Below, one piece after another: positions 49,688 through 60,200 of a stretch of DNA of 64,000 nucleotides; within the stretch, counting starts at the first letter, position 1; each line of letters begins with the position of its first letter. This DNA comes from Candidatus Poribacteria bacterium (GTDB taxonomy: Bacteria > Poribacteria > WGA-4E > WGA-3G). The notes beneath the pieces are model-generated. The model worked only from the letters and a program-made list of their open reading frames with translations. It made no database searches and had not been told where the DNA came from. The stretch lies in the NCBI GenBank assembly GCA_963665235.2, contig CAXXLX010000001.1, forward strand, positions 832,001 to 896,000, given 5' to 3'. A program made the translations under genes and the position numbers.

Positions 49688-51199
49688 TTAAGGGGTTACA
49701 GCCCTCGCACAACGAAAACCGAAGCGGTTGCTCGAGTTCGACGGCGTATTGTAGGCGCGAAAGGCGACCCGCACGCCCCGTTCTGTATCGCCCCAGGAGC
49801 CACCACGCAAAACGCGGGAACTTTTAACACCTTTATAATTATTTATTAACCATTCAACACTATTTGCACCCGACAACGGATTCCGAGCTGGCGAAACCGA
49901 ATAGAAACCTCCGTTATACTCGTCTAAGCACCACTCCCACACATTCCCTGCCATATCGAATAAACCGTAACCATTTGCAGTATACTTACCTACTGCAGTG
50001 GTATCCTTAATATGATTATTGTAATTTGCCTTGGTGGAATTTATGGTGTTACCCCACGGGTATTTTAGACCGGCTAAACCGCCACGTGCAGCTTTTTCCC
50101 ACTCCGCTTCTGTCGGCAGACGTTTGCCCTTCCACGCCGCATAAGCCATCGCACCATACCAACTCACGTATGTCACAGGGTGATTTTCATACCCGGTTTT
50201 CGCACGATACTTACCAGATGCCAGCTCAATACGAGAACGATCTTGACCAATGCGATACCAGGTGATACCACCCTCAGCGTGTTTGCCTTTCGCATTCAGG
50301 AACGCTGCATATTGGGCATTGGTAACCTCATATTTATCCATGTAAAATGCATCTACATAGACAGAATGCACCGGTTTTTCATTGCTCCGGGCCTGTGCAT
50401 CGTTGCCTCCCATCCGAAATTCGCCAGCAGGGATTAGTGCCATGCCTGCATACGGGTCAGTGGTCGGTGGCGTGGTGGTTCCGCCGTCGTCTGGCGGCGT
50501 GGTGGTTCCGCCATCGTCTGGTGGCGTGGTCCCCCCACTATTTGTTGTCTTCCCGAGGTCGCGTGCGACTAACACAAGGTCCTGCACGTTCACTCTGTTA
50601 TCACTGTTCAGATCTGTCGAGAGAGTACCTGTCTTCCCGAGATCGCGCGCAACTAAGACGAGGTCTTGCACGTTCACTCTACCATCTCTATTGATATCTG
50701 TCGGAAGTAATTTTCTGACAACAACGTTGGCGTTCCGTTTCGTGACTGGCAAGGCGTTGCCATCCTTGTCGGTGAGGACAACATCAGCGAGTTGGAGTGT
50801 GGACTCTTTCACCGCAACCACTTGGAATTTGAGCGTTGCTAAGGTGCCACTACTGGCAGTTACGGCTCCTGATAACGAGGTCGCCGCAAATATGATGCGT
50901 CCACTGGACACCTTCGCCGGGGCAACAAACGCACCTGTCGGAAGATACGTGCTGTTCGTGATTTCAACGTATTGCAGGGCAGTTGTATCATACCGTATTG
51001 TTAAGTCGTAGCCGGCGACACGGGTGCCGTTGGCTATTTTAATCGTAACTGTCATCTGCTGTCCCACGGCGGGGGAAACCACTTCTGCGGGGTTTATGGA
51101 GACCACGGCTTGCCCATAACTTAGTGCCGTGATGCCAAAACAGAGGACTGTTATTAAGCAGGCGTAAAGCAGCTGCTTCTGAAATAGTTTTTTCATCAA
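49688..51199 (-). CDS. Secreted cohesin-dockerin-FGE-sulfatase (CLec) domain protein
   Basis: Cohesin-like N-domain; two DxNxDxRVNVQDLVLV dockerin repeats; PT linker; RLPTEAEWEKAARG, GNVWEW and RGGSW...GFRC motifs. Confidence 0.88.
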   Translation of the reverse strand: MMKKLFQKQLLYACLITVLCFGITALSYGQAVVSINPAEVVSPAVGQQMTVTIKIANGTRVAGYDLTIRYDTTALQYVEITNSTYLPTGAFVAPAKVSSGRIIFAATSLSGAVTASSGTLATLKFQVVAVKESTLQLADVVLTDKDGNALPVTKRNANVVVRKLLPTDINRDGRVNVQDLVLVARDLGKTGTLSTDLNSDNRVNVQDLVLVARDLGKTTNSGGTTPPDDGGTTTPPDDGGTTTPPTTDPYAGMALIPAGEFRMGGNDAQARSNEKPVHSVYVDAFYMDKYEVTNAQYAAFLNAKGKHAEGGITWYRIGQDRSRIELASGKYRAKTGYENHPVTYVSWYGAMAYAAWKGKRLPTEAEWEKAARGGLAGLKYPWGNTINSTKANYNNHIKDTTAVGKYTANGYGLFDMAGNVWEWCLDEYNGGFYSVSPARNPLSGANSVEWLINNYKGVKSSRVLRGGSWGDTERGVRVAFRAYNTPSNSSNRFGFRCARAVTP

Positions 51200-51210
51200 A
51201 ATAACTCCTT

Positions 51211-52023
51211 TTATTTCAGGATTAGCATTTTTCCGGTGGCGGCGAAGTCGCCCGCGGTGAGGGTATAGAAGTATAAACCGCTGGCAACGCGTTCACCGAT
51301 GTCGTTCCTGCCATCCCAATATGCTGCACGGGTCTTATGCTGATACACACCCGCAGGTTGATGTCCTAATGCCAATGTTCGAACTAACTGCCCATCTGAA
51401 CTAAAGATGGTCAACGTTACATCCGCTGGCGTAGCCAATTGATACGGTATCCATGTCTCCGGGTTGAACGGGTTCGGATAGTTCGGCATAAGCGATGTGT
51501 GGTTAGCGGGCATCGGGATTGTGAGCTCGGCGCGGTTGACGTTGTTTTGTATAAATCTCACACCCATCACCTCCGCATCCGCGTCTGCTAAGATAACTTC
51601 TGTCAGGTGAAGACTGCGAAAGGGGTTCGGTTTTAGCACTTCAAACGTCATTGTGGCAAGGGTGCCGAGGGTTTTTGTGGCAGTGCCGCCAAGTGCAGCA
51701 ACGACAAAGGTGGTCTGCTCAGCTTCTAGTAACGGCACAGCGAAAACTTCTGAATTGAGATAACCGGCATCTGCAGCAGAGACATATCGCACTACCGTCG
51801 GATCGAATGCTACAGCCACCTGATAGCCGGCCATGCCTTTGCCGCCAGCGATGTTCACTTCCACAGTGAAGGATTTACCGACTTGCGGCACTGCAATCGT
51901 TGCCGGTTGTAAAGAGATAATCGCTTGCCCGTAACTTATCGCTGTGAAACCGAAGCAACAGGCAAGAATGAGTAAGGCGAAAGTAATTTTTCCGCTAAAA
52001 GATTTGAAAGATTGGGTTTTCAT
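51211..52023 (-). CDS. Secreted cohesin-domain protein with a FlgD-Ig/T9SS-like C-terminal domain
   Basis: Cohesin G.LA...F pattern; NYPNPFNPETWIPY...WDGRN...SG.YFY. Confidence 0.85.
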   Translation of the reverse strand: MKTQSFKSFSGKITFALLILACCFGFTAISYGQAIISLQPATIAVPQVGKSFTVEVNIAGGKGMAGYQVAVAFDPTVVRYVSAADAGYLNSEVFAVPLLEAEQTTFVVAALGGTATKTLGTLATMTFEVLKPNPFRSLHLTEVILADADAEVMGVRFIQNNVNRAELTIPMPANHTSLMPNYPNPFNPETWIPYQLATPADVTLTIFSSDGQLVRTLALGHQPAGVYQHKTRAAYWDGRNDIGERVASGLYFYTLTAGDFAATGKMLILK

Positions 52024-52089
52024 GAAAGAAACTCCTTCGTTAGTTGTTGGTGGGGTTTATCACCCCGATGTGTAGCATAAACTTTCAGA

Positions 52090-53252
52090 CTAATGCGTTG
52101 ACATATCACCCCTACGGGGTTCAAGACGAGGTTCACGATGTTTTCTATAAATATAGCGTCCATACTGGACTGAAGAAACACGCGATTTTCTATAAATATA
52201 GCGTCCATACGGGAGGAGCGACATATTGTGATGCCCAACCAAACTAATGCGTTGACATATCACCCCTACGGGGTTCAAGACGAGGTTCACGATGTTTTCT
52301 ATAAATATAGCGTCCATACTGGACTGAAGAAACACGCGATTTTCTATAAATATAGCGTCCATACGGGAGGAGCGACATATTGTGATGCCCAACCAAACTA
52401 ATGCGTTGACATATCACCCCTACGGGGTTCAAGAGGGTGTTCATACGATTTTCTATAAATATAGCGTCCATACTGGACTGAAGAAACACGCGATTTTCTA
52501 TAAATATAGCGTCCATACTGGACTGAAGAAATAGGAACGACATATTGTGACGCACAAACTGATGTGTTGACATATCACCCCTACGGGGTTCAAGAGGGTG
52601 TTCACGCGATTTTCTATAAATATAGCGTCCATACTGGACTGAAGAAATAGGAACGACATATTGTGATGCCCAAACTAATGCGTTGACATATCACCCCTAC
52701 GGGGTTCAAGACGAGGTTCACGATGTTTTCTATAAATATAGCGTCCATACTGGACTGAAGAAATAGGAGCGACCTGTTGTGATGCCCAAACTGATGTGTT
52801 CACATATCACCCCTACGGGGTTCAAGAGGGTGTTCACACGCTTTTCTATAAATATAGCGTCCATACTGGACTAAAGAAATAGGAGCGACCTGTTGTGATG
52901 CCCAAACTGATGTGTTCACATATCACCCCTACGGGGTTCAAGAGGGTGTTCACGCGGGTTTCTATAAATATAGCGTCCATACTGGACTGAAGAAATAGGA
53001 GCGACATATTGTGATGCCCAAACTGATGTGTTCACATATCACCCCTACGGGATTCAAGACTATGTTCACACGCTTTTCTATAAACATAGCGTCCCTGAGG
53101 AGCGGGAAACCGTTTGCCCGAATACTGGGACTGAAGAAATAGGAGCGACCTGTTGTGACGCACAAACTGATGTGTTCACATATCACCCCTACGGGGTTCA
53201 AGAGGGTGTTCACGCGGGTTTCTATAAATATAGCGTCCATACTGGACTGAAG
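52090..53252 (+). repeat. Composite tandem array (9 units of about 115-160 bp) of REP-C-type hairpins
   Basis: CATATCACCCCTACGGG occurs 9 times, alternating with TTCTATAAATATAGCGTCCATACTGGAC. Confidence 0.88.
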
Positions 53253-53262
53253 ACACCCATAC

Positions 53263-53865
53263 TTAAGGTGCGTTGAGCTGCCCATTTACAGGTGTGAACG
53301 TTAACGCTTGCCCATTTGCATCTGTGAGGACAACTTCACCCAACGTAAGCGTGGAGGCTTTCGCGGTCAGCACCTCAAACGTCATGGTTGCAAGTGTGCC
53401 GCTCTCTTCGGTTACTGCGCCAGAGAGTGAAACCGCACTTAGGTAAACACTGTTCGCCGTAACTTGCGCGGGTGCTACGAATGCACCTGCCGGCAGATAA
53501 TCCGCATTTGCGCTTGAAACATATTGCAGGGCAGTCGGGTCGAAAATTAGTGTCACATCATAACCGCTGACATCGGCGGCACCGGTAATCTCGATACGTA
53601 CCTGCAGCTGTTGACCGGCTGCGGGGGACGTTGTTTGTGCGGGCACCGCTGTGACGACCATGCCTTGAATCGGTTCCGGTTCTGGCTCAGGTTCCGGTTT
53701 AGCGGGTTCAGTGGGTTCTGGCACCGGTTCAGTGGATGGTGTATCGGTGCCTCCATTAACCACGTTGTCAATTTGATTTGGCACCTGCTCGTCGCAGCCG
53801 TTAATACCAACTGCCAAGCAGGTGACAAGCATAACTATTGCTAAGAGATGAAAATATTTTTTCAT
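53263..53865 (-). CDS. Cohesin-domain lipoprotein
   Basis: INGC lipobox, PE-rich linker, and a cohesin closely similar to that in 49688..51199. Confidence 0.82.
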   Translation of the reverse strand: MKKYFHLLAIVMLVTCLAVGINGCDEQVPNQIDNVVNGGTDTPSTEPVPEPTEPAKPEPEPEPEPIQGMVVTAVPAQTTSPAAGQQLQVRIEITGAADVSGYDVTLIFDPTALQYVSSANADYLPAGAFVAPAQVTANSVYLSAVSLSGAVTEESGTLATMTFEVLTAKASTLTLGEVVLTDANGQALTFTPVNGQLNAP

Positions 53866-53884
53866 AAAATCTCCTTTGTTTGTT

Positions 53885-54067
53885 AAGGACTTATGCAGCG
53901 CGTTGATAAGTCCCTACGATCATCGGATTTAGAGAGTTAACGGGGCGAGGGGACCTCGCCCCTACGACGCTATCTGTTTCTGATAGGGTAGGGGCGGGGT
54001 TTCCCCGCCATATTGGCGGCAGTGCTTACTACGTCTGCCACCGTTTGCTAAATTTGCGTCCGTCCTG
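53885..54067. mobile_element. AGGAC-type MITE carrying an inverted GTAG-REP pair
   Basis: AGGACTTATGCA...TGCGTCCGTCCT ends; GGGGCGAGGGGACCTCGCCCCTAC and GTAGGGGCGGGGTTTCCCCGCC inside. Confidence 0.6.
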
Positions 54068-54385
54068 ATAAATTAGGACAGTTGTACGGACATCTGTGCG
54101 TTCGTCTGAATCTCGGATTTTCGCGGATTTATCGGATTGCGCGGATTTTAAGAGGTGTCCACAAACCCACAAAACAGAGGAAAACAACTTGCTTTCGCCA
54201 ATGTCAATAAACCGCGAAATCTGTGAAGTCCCTAAATGCCATACGCGCATTTGGCCGTTGATTCGCCGCACCATCACACGTCTGTCCGAACAAGGATTCA
54301 CGGGGTTATAGGATTTTCAAAATCATTCTGATTGTGATTCGCAATCCTGTTGATTTGCTAATCCTGAAAATTCTGGCTCGGAAAT

Positions 54386-55030
54386 TTATTGCCCCCAACC
54401 GTTAGGATCCACCGTATTAAAACGGCGTATCTCTGTTCTGTCACCTCTGAACTGGACGTATTCATCAGCATAAATTTTAAACCGGCACAGATCAATCTGC
54501 GTAACTTCTGAAGCAGGGGTGACATTCTCAATCACTCCGCCCTTTTCTAGCGCACCAGCAGCAAGTTCGGAGCAGAAAAAAGCCCCAAAGTCCTCCTCAT
54601 TCCGGGTTATACCCCATGAGTCAAGTCCATCTATCCATGCCCGGATCAACGTTACCAGGGAATCATAGGGAGCCCCTTCGCTATCGATCAAGAAGTCAAA
54701 AAAAGCTTGGAAATTTTCTTGTAGCCTAGATTGAGATTCAGAACTCAAAGGCAACCACCATACTTCGCCGTCATAATTTTCATTTATATCGCTGAGCTTG
54801 GTGAATTTCACACCGGACTCGGTTGCCTCAGCGACTTGTTTTAAAATACGTCCCTGAGATTCCCCATCTCTCTGTAACCTAGTCTCAATAACAACTCCAA
54901 CATGCGACACATTACTTTTTGTAGCCCTCTTTATTATCTCTGAGTGGGCCTTTTTTCCCGAAAAAGCAATTATATCGCCGGGTTGTATTCTGTCTCTGAT
55001 ATTGCTGTATTTATCTTGTCTTAATGGCAC
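54386..55030 (-). CDS. Permuted papain-like (YiiX/YaeF, NlpC/P60) enzyme
   Basis: PGDII, SHVG, PYD and FCSEL in permuted order. Confidence 0.8.
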   Translation of the reverse strand: MPLRQDKYSNIRDRIQPGDIIAFSGKKAHSEIIKRATKSNVSHVGVVIETRLQRDGESQGRILKQVAEATESGVKFTKLSDINENYDGEVWWLPLSSESQSRLQENFQAFFDFLIDSEGAPYDSLVTLIRAWIDGLDSWGITRNEEDFGAFFCSELAAGALEKGGVIENVTPASEVTQIDLCRFKIYADEYVQFRGDRTEIRRFNTVDPNGWGQ

Positions 55031-55181
55031 TTTTGCCTCCTTTAGAAGAAATTTCCTCGTATAGTTCCTATTAGAAACACTACGCAAGATCCAAATTAAA
55101 AGCATCTACCAACACCCAGTCACAATCCCATGCAACTGCTGTGCTGATAGGAATAACAAGCATCGGGCAAACCCAATGCAA

Positions 55182-55233
55182 CAAAAAAAGCCCGCGACGA
55201 AACATTTCGTACAAGACGAAACTCGCGCGAGCA
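55182..55233 (-). terminator. Intrinsic terminator/attenuator-like hairpin
   Basis: Minus-strand GCTCGCG...CGCGGGC followed by a T7 run. Confidence 0.55.
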
Positions 55234-55301
55234 CAAATAGAGTCCCGCAATAAGTGCTGGGACTGTTAAATTTCTAATAATAGTTAATTTATAATTAACA
55301 T

Positions 55302-55475
55302 TTAGAAGGGGGGGGTAATTATCGTTAATTTGATATTAACAATATATTCTGACGCTGAACAAACGCAAGCACGACAAGGATCTGCACTGCCGGCACAGTA
55401 GCTGTACGGCACTGCTAAAATCGGTTTTGGGATGCTAAAATTGTGGTGCATTTTCTGCATCTTTTTCACCTGCAT
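55302..55475 (-). CDS. Possible 57-aa Cys-rich small protein or leader peptide
   Basis: AGGAG RBS; MQVKKMQKMHHNFSIPKPILAVPYSYCAGSADPCRACVCSASEYIVNIKLTIITPPF. Confidence 0.35.
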   Translation of the reverse strand: MQVKKMQKMHHNFSIPKPILAVPYSYCAGSADPCRACVCSASEYIVNIKLTIITPPF

Positions 55476-55797
55476 TTGCTCCTAAGGTTCGGAAAATTGC
55501 ACAGGTTGCATTTTCCCTACTATGTGTTATCCAACATGAACTTGATACCATAGTACTAAAGTTTGGACAATGTGTCTGCGTTTGCTGAGAGGGACAGAGA
55601 TGTATTCATCTATTATCTATTACCGCGTCCGGGCGGTACATCGTACCTCTCCCGATTTATAACAGACGGTGCCCGTGTTTGAAAGCATAGCATCAGACCG
55701 AAGTAAGCACGGTTTGCTACCCCTGATGCGACCGGGTGCCAGAAAACGAGCAGAATCTGTCAGACATTTTCCAAACTTTCACTTTATCACTTTAATA

Positions 55798-55826
55798 ATT
55801 ATACACAAAATTGCATTTTTTGTCAA
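55798..55826 (-). promoter_or_regulatory. Consensus sigma70 promoter
   Basis: TTGACA-N17-TATAAT. Confidence 0.7.
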
Positions 55827-56032
55827 CTTTTTTTTGAAAAAAATGATAAATATGTCCGTAAACATCTTTTTTTGCAATGTGTTCGGCGAAAATCGTTGAT
55901 TTTTTTCCGTTCACATATTTCAGTGTATGATATTTCACGAAAAAAGTCAATTAATTTTTGATATTTCGCCAGAGGTATTCAGAATGGACAATCGCGTGCG
56001 AAGCACGTTCCTACAGAAGAGTTCCTAACAAC

Positions 56033-57055
56033 GGGTGTGTAAAGTTTTTGTACACCTGTTTGTAGTAGGGCGATTCATTGCCTGTCGTGTAGGAATCGTT
56101 TCGCTATTCGTCCAGCGTTTATAGTCCAGCATATACTTATTGGCACATTTTGTAGCACAAACTTCCCAGTTTGTGCACAGGCGGACACAAACTAAATGAA
56201 GATTAAAAAATTGATTCGGTAATTGCCCGACCCTAGACATCTGCTCTAATGTTTCTCTTGTGTGTGGTCTGTTATCTTGTTGTCCGAATCACGGAAGGCG
56301 CGGAGGACGCGGAGAACGCGGCAAAAGAGGGGTTTGTGTTTTCTATAAAGATATCGCCCCGCTGGGGCTATTTTTTGTTTTGTTTGTGTTTTCTATAAAG
56401 ATACCGCCCCGCTGGGGCTGCGCTTTTATCCATAGGTTGTGTTTTGTTTGTGTTTTCTATAAAGATACCGCCCCGCTGGGGCTGCGCTTTTATCCATAGG
56501 TTGTGTTTTGTTTGTGTTTTTATATAAAGTTTTCTATAAAGATCGCCCCGCTGGGGCTGCGCTTTTATCCATAGGTTGTGTTTTGTTTGTATTTTCTATA
56601 AAGATATCGCCCCGCTGGGGCTGCGCTTTTATCCATAGGTTGTGTTTTGTTTGTGTTTTCTATAAAGATATCGCCCCGCTGGGGCTATTTTTTGTTTTGT
56701 TTGTGTTTTCTATAAAGATACCGCCCCGCTGGGGCTGCGCTTGGCTCATGTAAAAAATAAGTGCAAATGAACTTTTTAACCTTGTGCTTTCGAGAAATCC
56801 CAGGGACTATATTAGTCAAACCCCGCTTTTTCCGAGTTCTCGGTGTTCTCTGTGTCCTCGGCGATTTGCGGCGTATTCGCCCAAACGCGACGGGCATTCA
56901 GACAAAAAAACGCTAAAACTCTAATCACAAAACTTCGATTGTTACACATCTTAAAATCCGCGAAATCCGATAAATCCGCGATAATCCGCGATTCAGACAA
57001 CACACATGCGAAATCCATCCTTCCCTCTATCATAGTACAAAAACTTTACGCACCC
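56033..57055. mobile_element. 1-kb ORF-less GGGTG-MITE filled with several REP families
   Basis: 21-bp TIR GGGTG(T/C)GTAAAGTTTTTGTAC, 7-bp TSD TAACAAC, internal CTATAAAGATATCGCCCCGCTGGGGCT array. Confidence 0.85.
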
Positions 57056-57222
57056 TAACAACTAATAACGGGCCTGATTGACGGTTGTCCCCCCTTATGC
57101 TAAAATAAAATCACCAACAGCAGGTTCACAACCCGACCTAATTTTTTCCGCCAATATGCAACCTTTTAAGCCGAAACTGCATCTTTAATTTTAAAGAGAT
57201 TACTGCCGTTTGGAGACACACA

Positions 57223-60200
57223 ATGAAGAAATATGACGATATAGAACTCATTCAACGCACACTCGAAGGCGATACGCAGGCATTCGCTGCGCTTGTGGAA
57301 AAATATCAGGAGCAGATACATGCACTCGCTTGGCGAAAAATTGGCGATTTTCATATCGCACAAGAGATTACACAGGACGCTTTTATCTCCGCCTATCAGA
57401 AGCTGGATACGCTCACACACCACAACCGGTTCGCAGGGTGGCTCTATGTCATTACAAATAACCTCTGCAACATGTGGCACAGAAAGAGAAGACCGCAACC
57501 CGAATCGCTTGAAAAGCTTGAAACAACTGACCCGGTTGAGTTGGAGGAGGCATATTATTCCGAATATATGTCTCGCCAACGCGAAGAAGCCGCAGCGCAA
57601 AAGAGACGCATTGCTGTTCAAAAGCTGCTCGATACACTCCAAGAAAGTGAACGCACTGTCATGACGCTTCACTACCTCGCCGGGTTGTCTTGTGAAGAGA
57701 TCAGTAAGTTCCTCGGTGTATCACCGAACACGGTGAAAAGCCGACTCCATCGCGCACGCGAACGACTAAAGAAGGAGGAAGCTGTGTTACACGAAAACCT
57801 TAGCAGTTTCAAACTGCCACCGCAATTGATAGAGAATATCATGAAGAAAATTTCACGCCCAACTGCTCCCCCCGCGGGAAATAAACCCTTGGTGCCGTTA
57901 GCGGTTTCCGCTGCGTCATCCATTTTAGTGCTGCTATTGATAGGGAGCGGCATGCAGCACCTACTCCGTTTTCAGCAACCGTATAGCTTCAACGCAACAT
58001 CGGAACCGAAGGTTGAGATAATTAATGCCAAATCTAATCTGCCGCTACTCTCAAAACCGGCAGTGCGGAATCGAGCCGGGTACTCAGATGTTTCTGGGAA
58101 CAGCAACGGCACTAAACAGAAACCGAACGCGCCCCTATTCGCTGCAGCAATGGCGGATGAAATCGAGATTTCAAACCCAAAAACACGGTGGGTTCAGACG
58201 AAAGGGCCAGAAGGCGGTGCAGTCGCTACCCTCTTCGAAACAACCCGTGGTGATATCTACGCAGCGACACAGAACAGCCTCTATAGATTGACAGATGATA
58301 GGTTAGCGTGGAAACACATTAGCAACATCAAGGGCCCCTCACACACGTCAATAGCGCAGAGAAGGGGATGGTGGCCTGTGGCAGAAAGGCAGGGGACGGT
58401 TTATATCGCTACCGATACAGGGATATTGGGTTCTACAGATAGAGGCGAAACGTGGGAAACGCTCTGTCCGCGTATAAAGGGACGGCTTGTTGACATGGTG
58501 GTAACTGATGGAATGCCAGAAACACAAAACGATATAACAATCTACCTCGCTTATACAAACGGGGTATTCCGATGGAGTAATGCTGACAAATCGTGGACCC
58601 CGCTGCCGGAAGGGATGACAGCTAACGAAATTCGTGCAATCGCTGCAATTGAAAACAGTGTCTTCGCGGGAACCAATAATGGCCTCTATCGCCTCAATGC
58701 TGACACGTGGGAGCAGGTGTCGATAGCACAGGAAAATGCCCAAGAAAAAACGGTTGGTGATATCCAGGGATTAGCAGTCGCAGAAAATAGGTTATACGTC
58801 TTAAGCGGCTGGAATTTAGAGGATAAATGGACTTTAGAGAGTAAAGATCCTAAAGGGGATTGGGTAGTAGGAGAAGGAGGTTGGATAGGATTAACAAATG
58901 CTACAGGTCCTCCTTTTTCGCTTTATTGCTCGACCGACCGAGGCGATACGTGGAAGTCTATAACGCCGAAACAGATTAACACTGGTATTAGTGAAATCAT
59001 GTGGGGAACGGATCCTGGAAGCTGGATTCCATTAGTACCGCGACATGAAACCAGCAGATATCAATTTCGCCCTGCAACACCGTACCCAAAGATTTTTGCG
59101 TTTGCGGCAGGGGAAAATGTCACGGTAATAACCAGCAATAAGACCTTTCGCTCCAGTGATGCAGGTGCAACTTGGACCCCTCTAAGTGCTATAGGAGATA
59201 TTATTGATTCCGTCGTGATGTTGAACGCAAACACCTTCTACAGAGACGGAACCTACGGAATTTATCGGACAACCGATGGCGGCAAGTCATGGCATCCATT
59301 CAATACCGGCCTTGTGAACACACATGTGAAAAAGGTCATTGCTGATAGCGGAATTCTTTACGCTAACACACAGAGTGGACTCGTACGTTCAACTGACAGC
59401 GGCGAATCTTGGGCAGCTGTTCCTGGCGATACAGGTTATCTTACACGTATTGCGGTATTTGATGGGGTACTCTATGCACGGTCTAATCAAAATATGGCAC
59501 CCCAACTTTTTTACTACTTATTCGCCGAAGACAATAGTCTCGCTGGCATTCCCGATGTCCCTATTTTAGAAAATAGAGACCCACTTGGTGCTATTTTAGA
59601 AAATAGAAATGTAAGAGCACGTAGAGGAATTCTTAAGGAAAATCGTGATGAGGTGCTCTTTCTTATACCACACAACAAGGGATTTTTCCTCTCTTCGCAG
59701 CTTGGAAGCTTCGCCGTTAGCGACACCGCACACTACATGGAATACGACAAAAAACTCTTTAGGTGGAATATCGGCGCACCGGATTGGTACGACACAGGCC
59801 TAGAGGATAGGGGTGAATTTTCTTTTTCTAAAAACGGATTACAGTTTGAGGCACATTTAGGTTTCAAACTCGCTGTTTCGGGGAAAACCGTTTATGTCGG
59901 CAAACGGGATGGACATCTCATGCAGTCGTTCGATGAAGGAACGAGATGGAACGATGTCACAGCAGACCTGCCGTTTTCTATCAACCATTTTAAGGCAATA
60001 GTTTTCGCTGAAAACTTCGTCTATGTGGCAACCGATAAAGGCGTAGTGCTGTCAGGCAACGGCACTGACTGGCACACACTCACCGATGCTGAAGGAACAC
60101 CGCTTGTTATGAGTAGATTGGCAACAGATGACACAACGGTTTACGGCGAAGCCGAACAGAAAATATATCAACTGAACAAGGACAGCGGCACATGGCAACA

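Noticed and set aside
49688-56000. Complete DGR in the window
   Set aside because: No reverse transcriptase or adenine-rich template repeat found; only a candidate target.
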